Below are positions 24,090 through 36,612 of a stretch of DNA of 53,090 nucleotides, piece by piece. Below the pieces are notes generated by a model. That model ran no database searches. It was not told the DNA's origin and saw only the letters and a program-made list of their open reading frames with translations. How positions within the stretch are numbered: the stretch's first letter is position 1; every line of letters begins with the position of its first letter. The DNA comes from Octopus bimaculoides (lineage: Eukaryota), in assembly GCF_001194135.2 (NCBI RefSeq), contig NC_068987.1, positions 33,379,148 through 33,432,237 of the forward strand, read 5' to 3'. A program made the translations under genes and the position numbers.

Positions 24090-24850
24090 AAAGCTCGAAG
24101 AGCAGACCATCTAATCCCGCAGACCTCGCCCTCATGCAACTAGCCAACGCGTCACGTATATCTTCAGCTGTTATCGGCATTTTACAGAACTCCACGTTCC
24201 TGGCTGAAGCCGCAGCATGCCATCAAGGTAGGAAGTGAAGTTCACCTCCGCCTGTGGGCCATTGCGTAGTTCACTCGTACAGCTCAGCAAAGTTGGCTGT
24301 TGAACGGCAATCATAGTACCTCGATATTCTGCTGTCCACCTTCACGCTGAGTTCTACTCCATTCGAGACGGGAATCAGATCTGAGACATTCTCTAATTGC
24401 TCTGGCTTCACATGGAGAAGAACCTCCAAGGTAGACCCAACCCAATTCTCCCTCCTCGATCTTTTAACGTCTAGGAGATTTTGCCCGCCGTCCCTACAAA
24501 TAAACGCGGGAATTCACCGTAGATTCAAGCCTGGAGGGTTTGCAGGTACCGTAATTCGTACTGCTCTCCTTCCCATATACGTTGGGAAGAAGGCAATTTC
24601 CTCGGTGCGACGCGTGTTCACCGAGTTCTGTGTCGCTTGCTCCTCGGTCTTAAAAAGGACCTTAACTCTACCATACTGTCACCTTGTCACAATGTGGTGA
24701 ATATCTTGCCATATGTCTTCCAAGTATTTTGGACGATTGATATCGGTCCTTTGCAAAAGAAACTACTGATTCGCCTTGAAAATGAGGTCGGGTACGACTT
24801 GGTGAAACGTGACAGTCAGAAATTAATCGATTAATTAGGCGATGATGGCA
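24090..24850 (-). mobile_element. Tx1/L1-type LINE ORF2 fragment (linker into RT N-terminus)
   Basis: Minus strand EFCKMPITAEDIRDALASCMRARSAGLDGLLFE (cf. KSPGLDGLPYE), locally GC-rich; truncated next to the MITE. Confidence 0.75.
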
Positions 24851-24869
24851 TTTGACTTCCTTCGTGACC

Positions 24870-26573
24870 GGTATATTCCACTACGGTATATTTCACGATA
24901 GGTATATTTCACTGCGGCATATACCACTACTGTAATTTCCACTCGAAAAATAACGGTATATAGAAAACTAATTACACACGCCCTCGTTACACACTTCTCA
25001 GCTAATTAGTCGTTAGTTATGGTATAGATTCATGACACTGTTACTCAATTTTTTCACTGAATTGCACTGTACTGCTAATTTTTTTCTATTCAGTTAAAAT
25101 TTGAACTTTAAAATCCTCAACCATAACAACATTGGTAACATCGAAGAAAAACAAACGTAAGCCTTGCAACGAAGAGAATCATATATACGAAAAGAATGGA
25201 GTTAACAGTAGCAAAGCAAAATTATATTAGCGTCGAGAACGTTTTTACAAAGGCTAGACTACATACAACTTTCAATCCCCTATACCAGAAGTTAATTTTT
25301 CAATGGGCTCCCATAATCTCTCAGCAAGCAGTGTCCGCGTTAATGCCCGAAAGGTAGTTAATTGAATGAAAAGTGAAGTATTGAGAACGAGCAGAGTATC
25401 TTCACAAGAATTAACAGCTACTGCTGTACAAAATCTCGATGAGGAAGTACTATCATTGTTGCAAACTATTCCTGGAATTTCACCTACCATACGTAACTGT
25501 AGGCAGCATGCTTTGGGAATTCCCTCCCTTCCATCTTGTTGTTCAGGGTTTGAAATTCCTGATGCAGTTAAGTACTTAGAAAAAGGGTCCATGTTTTTTG
25601 TCTTTGACATTGGTGCTGATGACTCAAGCAGAATTTTAATTTCCTCAGAAAAAGGCTTCAGTGATCTGGAAAACTCTGAAAATTGGGCCTGTGATGGAAC
25701 TTTTAGAGTGTCTATTAGTTTGTGGTGTCAGCTTTTCACGCTACATGTCACCATTGGCGGGCCATGTGTGTCCAGGCTATTTGCCTTACTTCCTGACAAA
25801 AAGAAGCCTTATATCTCATGGAGTTTGAAAAAGCTCTCCATAATTCATGTGTTCCTGCATTTCTGCATTTATAAGTTGTTGGCTGTGTTTTCATCTCGGA
25901 CAGTCCATTTGCCGGAAGATATGTTTAATTGGTGAGAGTAGGAGACAACACTGATGAATATTTTCAGCTTAAAATTAATTGTTATTGCGCTTTAGCATTT
26001 TTGCTAATTGAAGACGCTGTCAATGGATTTCAAGATTTGTCTGATGATGAAAGCATCCCTTCTGACTTTATCACTTATTTTGAGAATTCATACATTGGGA
26101 CTGTAAGGGGACGCGGTCTTCGTCGATGCAGATAAAACCCACAGTTACCTATCCAACTCTGGAGTATACGCGACCGCGTTTTAAATGACTTGCCAAGAGA
26201 AAATAATTCAGTAGAAGGGTTCCACAATGCTTTGCCGTCATTGATAACATCCACGCATCTAACTTTGTGGAGACTTTCCAATGCCTTTAAAACTGACGAA
26301 AGCTTAAACCAGACAAAAATTGCGCACATTCGAGGAAGGGATTCGACAAAAAAAAATGTCCAATCAAATTATTGATGCACGACCGTTTACTGTAGTTGAA
26401 TTTACCTTAGTGGAACATACCACACTGAATTTTACCTATAATGAAATTTTCCGAGTGGAATTTAACTAACGACTAATTAGTTAAGAAGTGTGTGTGTAAT
26501 TAGTTTTCTATATACCGTTATTTTCCGTGTGGAATTTACTGTAGTGAAATTTACCGTAGTAGAATTTAGAACC
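24870..26573 (+). mobile_element. MULE (Mutator-like) DNA transposon with both termini; transposase internally deleted and frameshifted
   Basis: ORF pieces SDLENSENWACDGTF..LWCQLFTLH..LFALLPDK, EFEKALHNS..GCVFHLGQS, YFENSYIG and RENNSVEGFHNAL. Inverted terminal core 24945-25019 vs 26463-26524 plus ~15-bp ggtawattycactac subrepeats. No 9-bp TSD seen. Confidence 0.9.
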
Positions 26574-27154
26574 GTTTTCTTTATTTCAGAATATGTTCTT
26601 TCAACCAACTTTTGGTGAGACTATGCCATCCGCATTTTTGATTGCTAGAATATATAATGACTTGATGGCTGGGTATAAGCTACGTCTGAAAAAAAAAAAA
26701 AAATCAGCGGGCTTGGTATGCATTTAAATAACCAGTTCACAAACTTCGGATGCATAGTCTTCTTAACCTCTTCTGTTTTTCCATTCTACTTTTCATATAC
26801 GTTGATATGTGAACTACCTGACAGAAAGACGGTGATTTCGTCTCTTTATGCAGAATACTAGTTCTCGAAGTTTCAGTGAAATGACACACAAAATTGTTCT
26901 TGGTTAATAATTGAATATCCTAGATTTGAAGTCACCACTTCGAGTTCCATTTCAATTTGGATTCTATTTCTATTTGAATGAACAGTCTCGACATTAACTC
27001 TTCACTTTTGTAACCTTTAATATGCTTACTTTGAGAATATCAGCTAACTTTAATTTTCCAACGAACAACATCTAGAGCTCTATTCCTGGTAATATTGTTA
27101 TGTATGTATGTATGTATGCATGTATGTATGTGTGTATGTATGCATGCATTCATG

Positions 27155-27214
<60 letters not shown>

Positions 27215-27954
27215 TGTCTCGTTCTATGTAGTTATCAAGTTTTGTTATATCTGGTTACATCGTTTTCTGCAGATAATTGCTTTATATTTGACCATAGATA
27301 CGACCCAAATAGAAAATTAACTACTTCTACTTGATATATATTTTAAACGACCGACAGTAAATTTGAAATCAGGCTGCATTTATATACGGTTCGAATTTCC
27401 GAATGATGTGGTTAGTGTATTTTCACAACATAGAATTCAGGTTCAGAATTTTGAATCTTGTCGTAAATTATCTTGTTTACCAATCAGGCCATTCTTTCGG
27501 CTCATTTAACTTCAAGTTTCTAATATTGAACTTCTCGGTTGAATAAGTGTGTTTATACTAATTACTTTAGTTCTAGGTAATAGAGTCACTCACTCATACA
27601 AACAGATTCTACCTACTTACAGAGTGCTGATTATACTATAGAGGAAATATGCACAAGCACATACACACATAGAGACATACATTTAGGCTCACACACAAAC
27701 ACACGCAAGCTTTTACATTCACGGACTCACAAAAACATAGTTTAGCCGTCACTCGCAAGAGATTATAACCAGTTAGCTTTTACATCACTTTCATTAGTTG
27801 TTTGAGATACATATGTTGTTGCAAGAAAATATCTAGCCTCTCTCATCCGTCGAACCTTTGAACCAACGGAACATCAGAGGCAGCAGGACGCTCTGTTTGT
27901 CTCTCTCAGTCTTTTTCTTTCCACTCACGCACACATGTGTATATATATATATAT

Positions 27955-28148
27955 GGCATTCGCCATGATAGATCGCTGACCACTACATTTATATTTTTTC
28001 TCCTTGTTTCTCTCCATATTTCTTTCTGTGTTCCTTTCAGTTGAAGTGCATAGCTCGAAACGTCAAAGACTTTCTCTTCTATTCCCGAGCGTTAAACTAA
28101 TACATCCATTTGTTGTTTACACCACCTGTATTCTTCGTAAATTCTCCC

Positions 28149-28150
<2 letters not shown>
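27955..28150 (+). mobile_element. Penelope-type pseudo-LTR-like repeat with hammerhead-like motif (family copy 2)
   Basis: Homologous to 16020-16205; flanked by (TA)n. Confidence 0.6.
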
Positions 28151-28210
<60 letters not shown>

Positions 28211-28442
28211 ATGTGCGCGCGCGTGTTTATGTTTGTGTAGGTAAGTATTCCTGCTGCTATTTAAAACACACACAATCCTTCTATAAAATTCTCACACATA
28301 TAAAACTGTTAAAATACACATGATGTTCTTTTACACACTCACGTACTAAATGTTACAATTACTAGAATTAAGCGCAGTAATACAGAAAGCTCTACGGCTA
28401 GTGGATATAACGCAACACAAAAATTAACTATCTCATCTTCAG

Positions 28443-28492
28443 CTTCGAATTAGTAGTCAGGAATCACCTGTGTATCAAGAAAAAGAAACAAG
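28443..28492 (+). other. Candidate 50-nt exon, unverified
   Basis: Acceptor attaactatctcatcttcag, donor AAG|gtgaga; two frames open (FELVVRNHLCIKKKKQ or LRISSQESPVYQEKET). No homology recognised. Confidence 0.3.
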
Positions 28493-28661
28493 GTGAGATC
28501 CTTTGCTGAGACTGAATGTAGGGTATAACTGACTGACGTTACTTTACGAATATATAACTTGGTTTACGAAGATACAACCCTAACAGATTCAACGCCGTTT
28601 TAATATAGTTGTGTATTGAACACTTGTTCTTTTAACATTAAAATGCATCCATACATAATAT

Positions 28662-28698
<37 letters not shown>

Positions 28699-28706
28699 CA
28701 CACACA

Positions 28707-28757
<51 letters not shown>

Positions 28758-28929
28758 AGAGGGCCTTCGGGCTAAATTTTTTCAGGAAGAGCTTGAAGAG
28801 CAGGAAAAACTTGAAGACTGCGTTGAAGACCATGAAGTTTTTAAGTTGTAATCGAGAGAAAGTTTGCTAACTTGGAAGACATGCAACTTCTGAATATGTG
28901 CAAAGATTTATCCGTGTTATGATGATTTT

Positions 28930-29480
28930 CATTGGGTCTCAAACCGCTGACATTCTAGCTGCTGTTCAATGCACTGTGAACATTGTAAACGCTGCAACAG
29001 AGATTGCACAGCCGCGGCTAGTACGTAGAGACACATCAGGTACTCGTCCCCCGAATCTTTGAACAGAACCTTAGGCGCAAATCAGACGTCTATTTTGGAG
29101 AATGTGTTCAACTGCTGACTGGAGTTGGTTGCTGCTGGAAAGACAGATGTATGGCTATAATTTTCAGCTCTTTACCATAGCTTAGTAAAGGTTTAGATTT
29201 AGTTGTCGGAGATTTTCTATATGTTCAACAGCCCCAATCTCTGGCCTGCTAATTCCTCCGATTTTAATGTCATGGACTTTCATGCCACGGCACGCAGTTC
29301 AGAAAGACAGCAATCGGTCTGCATGCAATGTCAACGCTGAACAGGTAGCCAGGATCAAACAGGTGTCCGAAGATCTTCCCAGTGACACAGTGAGGAACGC
29401 ATGAGCCAGTTTCTGGGGCGCCTGAAGGCAGTGTTGGAAGGTAGTGGTGGGGGGTACTTTGGGTAGATTTCTAAGCCATA
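28930..29480 (+). mobile_element. Tc1/mariner (maT/DD37D-like) transposase remnant, internally deleted
   Basis: LELVAAGKTDVW..LSEIFYMFNSPNLWPANSSDFNVMDF (cf. WPPxSPDxNPLDY) and C-terminal FLGRLKAVLEGSGG. Confidence 0.7.
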
Positions 29481-29717
29481 ATCTAGCTGATATTTTTTGA
29501 TTTTTAAAATTGCCTTAATTTTTGGATATAATTTTACGTATTATTTTATAAAACATACATACATACATACCTGCATGCATGCATGCATCCATACATACAT
29601 ACATACGTATGTACGTACGTATGTACGTACGTACATGTATACAAATATATATATGCATATATCGAGAGCGAAGGAGAAAGACGCATTTATATATATAGAT
29701 ATATACAAACGAATGTA

Positions 29718-29769
<52 letters not shown>

Positions 29770-31059
29770 TGTATGTGTGTGAGTGTGTGTGTGTGTGTGT
29801 GTGTGTATGTTTTGTCTATTCTAACTATGTTTGTTCAAAATACAAAAAGATTAATTTTAAAGTTTCGACGTCTGTAATTCTATTTAACCTGTTCAGAGTT
29901 TAATCGATCGTCATCAAAATGTATATGAGTGTTAACCTCCTTGTCGAAGTACTTATATGAATATTCAAATAACAAAACATCGAAGAAAGTGAAAAATAAC
30001 GTATACAAAACAATCTAAAAATAACAAACTACAATGAGAAAAGCATCAACAAAAGCTTGAACTGTACATGAAAATTATAAGAACACAGACATTGAAAAAG
30101 TAAAATAATTAAAATATAAATACTTGAATCTAAACAGCTACTTGAATATAAACAAACTTATATCAACATATTTCGATAGTGCAACAAAGGGCCAGGAAGA
30201 AATCAGAATTAACTGGAAGTATTAGATTAAATTCCATATTTTCTTACCGAAGCATAAGCAAGTTTAATCGCGGAGAAGCCGGACAGCTTCTCACATAAAT
30301 AATAGCTCTTTATTAATAAACTGAAAGATGAATAAGATCTACATAAACACCTGAATAAAAGCCAGAGTAACTCAGATTCTCAAAGAATAATATTTTAAAA
30401 TCTGGCAGAAATAAGTAGAAATTATCTTCATTACTCTTTCATATAATTAAGCAAAGGTCAATGTTGTTATCAAAGGTCAATATTGTCAATCAGAATCACC
30501 TAGAATAGAGAATTTGATATAAGTACTATAAATCTATAACATTTCTATAACCAAATTCTCAGAGCATGTACTAAGACACAATATTGATAAATACCATATT
30601 AATAGTAATATGAGAAATAGTTTTACATTTAGAAAATTGAGTAAATTTCTAAAGCGCCAAAACATCAAAAACCTGGCTTTTATTGGGTTTTCTTATTCCT
30701 GGCCATATATACAAAATTCCACAGTGCTGGGAAAGCCCCATTAGATACAGCTGTTGTGTGCTGTTGTGATACGTGATTTCACCTACCTAAGGTTGGGCCT
30801 CTCCAGACCAGGTACGGTGGCCACTAGTCAGAAGATTTTTATAAGCAATAAATTAATGATAAAAATAATGATAACAATTGTTATTAAAATTCATATGAAT
30901 TATAGTAACAATAATTATTGATGTCGTTGTTGTTGTTGTTGTTGTCACCATAGCTGGAGGTGTGTTTTTGGAGAGCTGTAACTGTGATTAATTCGCTCGT
31001 TTTAGAAGGTTATATACTGTAATTTGTTGTTTAAATTATTTTGCTAGCCAGCTGCAGCG

Positions 31060-32240
31060 TTTGTGGAGCTGACGTTTCTTAAGCAAAGCCCCATTTTGGG
31101 AGTGAACATGGGTTGGGCTCTGGTCCATTTCGATTACCCGAAAAATTTTGATGGTGTAGACCATCTGCATTTGGAGGCTGTCCTCAAGGCAGCCGGTTTC
31201 TGTTCTGTTCTCAAAGGTGGGTCGCTGCTATGTACAGTGACATCTGTTTGGTGATCAAAACAAATGGCCTGCTCTCGGAATCCTTTAGTAACACCCTTTC
31301 GGTTCTTCAAATATGTCAACATTTATCTCTTCTCTAAGAAATGGTATTTGAGTCATTACTTCGGAAGCTAGAGGCTTCGAGGGGCATCCTGCGTGAACTG
31401 GGATGCGGTGCGTTCGTGTCGGCGTATGCAGACGACGTCACCGGGATAGTGTTAAGCATTTCGGAAATCGAGATGGTCGGCACTACCCTAAGGGAATACT
31501 AATCGATGAGAGAAGCAACGATCAACCAGGAGAAGCTAGTGGACCTGCAGCTCGGCAGCTGGGGAATCAGGCCTATGCCAACCGACAGAATTGTGGGGCG
31601 CTGGACAGAACGACCTCTTAAGTGGCTCAAGATCTTTTTCAGTCAAGATTTCTAAGTGTACAAGAACAGGGGTGAGGTGACAGACAAGGTGGCCAGTCCC
31701 ACCTAGAAATTGGCTGTGAGAAAGCTGTTCATGAAAGATCGGGTGGAGTTGTCGAATTTGTACATCGCATCCGTTATATACTACCGCCTGACTGTCATCC
31801 CTTTCCCCGCTTCGTGGCTGAATAGGCTGGTGTATTTAGTCTTCCGCGAGTTTGCTGTCAGTCGGGCTTTTCCAAGATGCACGCGGAGCGATGAATCAGT
31901 TCTACAGTGTCCACGCAGTGCTGAATTGTGGAGATTTGTCGAACAGTTATTGTGACATGTGGGACGGATCCGGCTATCATCCGAGTCCATTGTGAGGTAG
32001 GCCAATTTTTTCTGTCTAATAGCTATGGCAAAAGAGGTTCTGTGGTGGACACGATTGAAAGGATTGAAGACGGGTACTCTCTTCTTTGGCCTAAGGCCTC
32101 ATTCACTTTTTCGTGTTCCACCTGAAAAGGAAATCGAGGCTGGAGAGGGAGGTATGTCACCAAGTAAGTTAATTAAAAGGTGGGTGAATGAGGCAAGAGT
32201 GGCTGCGTAAATGAACCTACTCTAAGGAGGAGGATGTAAG
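31060..32240 (+). mobile_element. Tx1/L1-type LINE RT domain, pseudogenised
   Basis: WALVHFDYPKNFDGVDHLHLEAVLKAAGF, GCGAFVSAYADDVTG, ATINQEKLVDLQLGSW, SNLYIASVIYYRLTVIP; frameshifts and stops. Confidence 0.88.
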
Positions 32241-32472
32241 GAAGAAGAGGGATGCTTTCCCTAGGAGACTTTGATGTTAAGGGGTCTAAAGTGCTTAATT
32301 TGTCGTTGGTCATCTTACGGTGGAACTCATCCCTATTGTGGAAGCATATTGTTGATTTAAGCTCTCTGTTACTTGTTGTATGTTGGCTCTTCACACGTTT
32401 AACCCCATTGTCCCTCGTTTGTGAATCGTCCTCTATATTTAGTGTTCGTTTCTGGTGACCAATAAAGAAACA

Positions 32473-32474
<2 letters not shown>

Positions 32475-32523
<49 letters not shown>

Positions 32524-32694
32524 GAGTGAGAGAGCAGTGCATGCCATCAAAGTGACACTGGGGTAAAATATACGAAGCCCATTATACCCATCATGACTAC
32601 CCGTCTGATAAGGGTACACCAGGTACATGCATCACAACCACACGTGCGCGATATGGGGATCTCATATCAATACAAACAGTGCATGACCTCGCAG
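32475..32694 (-). mobile_element. 3' part of the ~570 bp TAA-tailed repeat, with tail
   Basis: (ATT)n then gagtgagagagcagtgcatgccatcaaagtgacactggggtaaaatatacgaagccc, which aligns with the reverse complement of 15440-15600. Confidence 0.8.
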
Positions 32695-32954
32695 NNNNNN
32701 NNNNNNNNNNNNNNNNNNNNNNNNNNNNNNNNNNNNNNNNNNNNNNNNNNNNNNNNNNNNNNNNNNNNNNNNNNNNNNNNNNNNNNNNNNNNNNNNNNNN
32801 NNNNNNNNNNNNNNNNNNNNNNNNNNNNNNNNNNNNNNNNNNNNNNNNNNNNNNNNNNNNNNNNNNNNNNNNNNNNNNNNNNNNNNNNNNNNNNNNNNNN
32901 NNNNNNNNNNNNNNNNNNNNNNNNNNNNNNNNNNNNNNNNCTGTAGCCCATTTT

Positions 32955-33214
32955 ATTATTATTATTATTATTTTATGTTTGACTTTTGTTTTGCATTTGT
33001 ACAAGTTGGATCCAAGTCTCACCCAGAGACCTCAAGAGACAACAAGTTAGAAGTTCATGTAGGTGTTATGCCTAGGGTACCATATATTTGGATTTGTACA
33101 GTTTTGTTCAAGTGAATGTTTAAGAAACCATAAGAAAATTATGTTTGCTTTAAAATTTGAGATCACATAGACAGTATTTTACGTAGGATATGGGCAGTTC
33201 CCATGAGCACTATC

Positions 33215-33218
<4 letters not shown>
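32955..33218 (-). mobile_element. R4/Dong-clade extreme 3' end, bounded by (TTA)n on both sides
   Basis: Minus strand KIVLMGTAHILRKILSM* followed by a 3' UTR distinct from those at 9626 and 18195. Confidence 0.75.
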
Positions 33219-33271
<53 letters not shown>

Positions 33272-33491
33272 TGTTGTTATTGTTGCACATCGACACTATG
33301 AGTCATAGTTAATGATGAAATGGATCAGAAAATGTACGTAATATGTTCATAAAAGCATTCAAAATAGTTAAGCTATTATAAACTGCAGGATTACATTTGC
33401 CGACAACATAAGTAGTTAAATGATTCATAATAATCAATTCAAATAAATAATGATAGTGATACTGATTATTATTATTATCATTATTATTATT

Positions 33492-33553
<62 letters not shown>

Positions 33554-33907
33554 AATGATGAAGGTGATCATATTTGCAGTCAAGTGGTTGATAGTAACGA
33601 TGATGACGATTAAGAAGGCGATGAGTGAACATTGTAGCAGACGAAAACGTATATTAAATATATATGTAATAATAGATCACATGATTAAAAATTAAAAGTA
33701 TGAATTCAGAGTTTGGAAAGTGTATTTGAAGATGAAATAGGAGATATAAACAAAACAAAACAAAAAAAACAGGGGGATTTGCATATTACTAATGGGTGCA
33801 GAAACAATTGTTATTATGGTAGAATAATATACTTTGTACTGAGACTTCCAAATTATCACACGAAGTAAATGAGTCTCCCATTTCTGTGGGAACAATATCC
33901 ATGCGCG

Positions 33908-33997
<90 letters not shown>

Positions 33998-34299
33998 TGA
34001 AGGAAACGAAAAGGGAAAATAAAATAGTTTCGAACAATACAGAAAGTTTTATAAAAATCCTTATATTTCAGGGTGAAAGGCCCGACTTCAGAAGAAACCA
34101 GCCTGGGAAATGTCCATATATACTGATTCTGTTACCTTACTCAAACTCCTTCGCGTTTGCTTAGTAGCAGCAGCAGCAGCTACTCTTCAGCAGTTTGTGT
34201 AAGCAAGAGAGCTAATTGTCCTCTGAAGAACTTTTGTTCTAAGTCGTCTTGACCTCGAAGTAGTCCAGCGAAGCTACACGAAAAAGATAACCTCAATGC

Positions 34300-34640
34300 A
34301 GCAAAATCTCAAGAGATTAAGGCCTTACCTCTGGAAAAAGTATGGGTAAAATATGCTGCAATATACATCTGGAAGTTTCTGGCAGGACTTTCCCCAAAGG
34401 TTGACTGTAACTAAGAGGACTACATGTTGTGGGTGTAGATATCTTCAAAACTAAACTGGATCTCCTACTATCAAAAAAGTTCAAGGAAAATCAACTTAAT
34501 GCCCGGAGGTTGGAAGGAAGTCAACTACATCAAACTCACTCATTTACCAAATGCCAACTGTTAAAGTAATAATGGAGGTGTAGGAACAGTAGTTGGTAGT
34601 GCTCCAGCAGAGCATCGGCCCCACAGCTGAAACTAATACA
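34300..34640 (+). mobile_element. CR1/L2-group LINE 3' end, decayed
   Basis: LRGLHVVGVDIFKTKLDLLLSK resembles the terminal LPxxxRxxxxxxxFKxxLDxxL motif. Ends gtgctccagcagagcatcggccccacagctgaaac. Confidence 0.6.
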
Positions 34641-34646
34641 TACATA

Positions 34647-35080
34647 AACGCGTAGCTGTGTGGTAAGAAGCTTGCTTCCCAAACACATGGTTTCGGGTCT
34701 AGTCTCACCGAGTGACACCTTGGGCAAGTGCCTTCTTATATTACCTCGGGCCGACCAAAGCCTTGAGCGTGGATTTTGGTAGACGACACCGAAAGAAGCC
34801 CGTCGTACAAGTGTATGTGTGTATGGGCGAGCACGTGTGTGTTTGTGTGTGTGTCTGTGTGTATTTGTGCGCGTGAGTGTGTGTGTGTATGTATATATTT
34901 GTGTGTTTGCATCTGTTTATCTCCTCTACTATCGCTTGGCAACAGGTGTCTATGCCTTTAGGTCCCCGTTACTTAGCGGCACGGCAACAAAAACCGTTAA
35001 AAGAAGTCATGTGGTCGATTTGTTCATCTAAAACATCAGGTGGTGCTCCACCGTTGCAGCAGTGAAGTAGAATACAAGAA
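34647..35080 (+). mobile_element. Full-length tRNA-derived SINE with CORE-like segment and internal (TG)n
   Basis: gcgtagctgtgtggtaagaagcttgcttccc (A box), B-box-like ggtctagtc, caccttgggcaagtg (CORE-like) and a ggtggtgctcc tail. Homologues at 41886-42203 and 47107-47420. Confidence 0.85.
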
Positions 35081-35124
35081 TACATACAGACGTTTATACA
35101 CACAAACACACTAAAATATTTTAT

Positions 35125-35495
35125 ACTCTAGTCACAAGGCCCGAAAGATTGGGGGGAGGGCAGTCGTTTAGATCGACCCAGTAGGCAACCGCTACTTAAT
35201 TTATCGACCTCGAAAGGATGAAAGGTAAAGTAAACCTCGGTGGAATTTGAACTCAGAACATAAAGCCAAACGAAATACCGCGAAGCATTTCGCCTGGCGT
35301 GCTAATGTTTCTTATTTCTTTATTGCCCACAAGGGGCTAAATATAGAGGGGACAAACAAGGGCAGACAAAGGGATTAAGTCGATTACATCGACCCCAGTG
35401 CGTAAGTGGTACTTAATTTATTAACTCCTAAATGATGAAAGGCAAAGTCAACCTCGGTGGAATTTGAACTCAGAACGTAACGGCAGAAGAAAATC
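35125..35495 (-). mobile_element. Tandem dimer of the 9077-family SINE
   Basis: Two consecutive gatgaaagg..aaagt..acctcggtggaatttgaactcagaac units. Confidence 0.85.
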
Positions 35496-35672
35496 NNNNN
35501 NNNNNNNNNNNNNNNNNNNNNNNNNNNNNNNNNNNNNNNNNNNNNNNNNNNNNNNNNNNNNNNNNNNNNNNNNNNNNNNNNNNNNNNNNNNNNNNNNNNN
35601 NNNNNNNNNNNNNNNNNNNNNNNNNNNNNNNNNNNNNNNNNNNNNNNNNNNNNNNNNNNNNNNNNNNNNNNN

Positions 35673-35730
<58 letters not shown>

Positions 35731-35770
35731 ATAATCAAATGAATAACAACATACGATGTCTAATTGTCAG

Positions 35771-35855
35771 CTCATTACAGCTGTTTCTTACGCAAACTTT
35801 TAATAAAATAATGCAAACATTACATCATTATAAAATATTGTAATCATCAGATGAG
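35771..35855 (-). ncRNA. Type I hammerhead ribozyme motif with intact core (Penelope/retrozyme type)
   Basis: Minus strand CTCAT-CTGATGA-TTAC[48 nt]GTAA-GAAA-CAGCTG-TA-ATGAG: 5-bp stem I, canonical CUGAUGA and GAAA, palindromic helix III, GUA cleavage triplet. Stem II closes with U-A rather than the usual G-C. Confidence 0.6.
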
Positions 35856-35967
35856 AAGTAATTTTAGAAAACAATAGAATATCCAAGAATACAAGAAGGA
35901 TGTGTCTGTCGAGGCCGACTATGAATTGGGATGTTCTTGGATATTCCTTTGTTTTGTAAAATTCCTT

Positions 35968-36052
35968 CTCATCGGATGATTACAGTCTTTTATAATGATG
36001 TACTGTTCTCATTCTTATTTTAAAAACTTACGTAAGAAACAGCTGTAACGAG
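35968..36052 (+). ncRNA. Inverted second copy of the hammerhead motif, probably inactivated
   Basis: CTCAT-CGGATGA-TTAC[48 nt]GTAA-GAAA-CAGCTG-TA-ACGAG: U4>G in the core and a mismatch in stem I. Confidence 0.5.
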
Positions 36053-36349
36053 CTGCCAGTTATCCATCGTATCTTATTCATTTGGATATAATACACCAAG
36101 AGAATTCACCACTTAAGGACACCTTAAAATATACCAAAAACGTACTACTCAAAATAACGCGTAATTTAGTCTAGCCCCTTAGGCGCTAAATACTCATAGG
36201 ATTGGTTTTCTCTGTGTACAGAACGGAAATATCCTATCTGACATTTCGAATCGGACCAACCATAGACCGGAACCATAGACACGACCCAACACTACCTGGT
36301 GCATACCATTTCAAGTAACTGATTCTATCGAAATCCTTACGTCTTATAT

Positions 36350-36612
36350 AAATAGAAATAATAAATGCTCCCTTTTAAAACCTAGCCAGGATCATGGGCC
36401 CGGTTTTCCGGATTCAATGGCGTTTTTGTTCCCCAGCTGGACGGGACGCCAGTCCATCGCAGCGTTACTCATTTTTGCCAGCTGAGTCGACCGGAGCAAC
36501 ATGAACTGAAGTGTTTTGCTAAAGAACACAACGCGTCGCCCGGTCCAGGAATCGAAACCACAATCTTACGATCATGGTGCTGACACCCTTACCACTAGGC
36601 CACGCGCCTCCA
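36350..36612 (-). mobile_element. tRNA-derived SINE, third family
   Basis: Minus strand GGAGGCGCGTGGCCTAGTGGTAAGG (A box)...GGTTTCGATTCC (B box), then a CORE-like gttctttagcaaaacact and a gcgatggactggcgtcccgtccag domain. Confidence 0.85.

Noticed and set aside
24870-24945. Short regularly spaced repeats resembling a CRISPR array
   Set aside because: Contiguous ~15-bp units with no spacers, part of the MULE terminus in a eukaryotic genome.
29930-30720. A-rich stretch suggestive of a decayed Penelope RT
   Set aside because: No diagnostic motif could be read in any frame; left unannotated.
34647-36612. tRNA-like A/B boxes as possible tRNA genes
   Set aside because: They continue into SINE bodies and tails, and I could not fold a complete cloverleaf with acceptor stem; classed as SINE heads.
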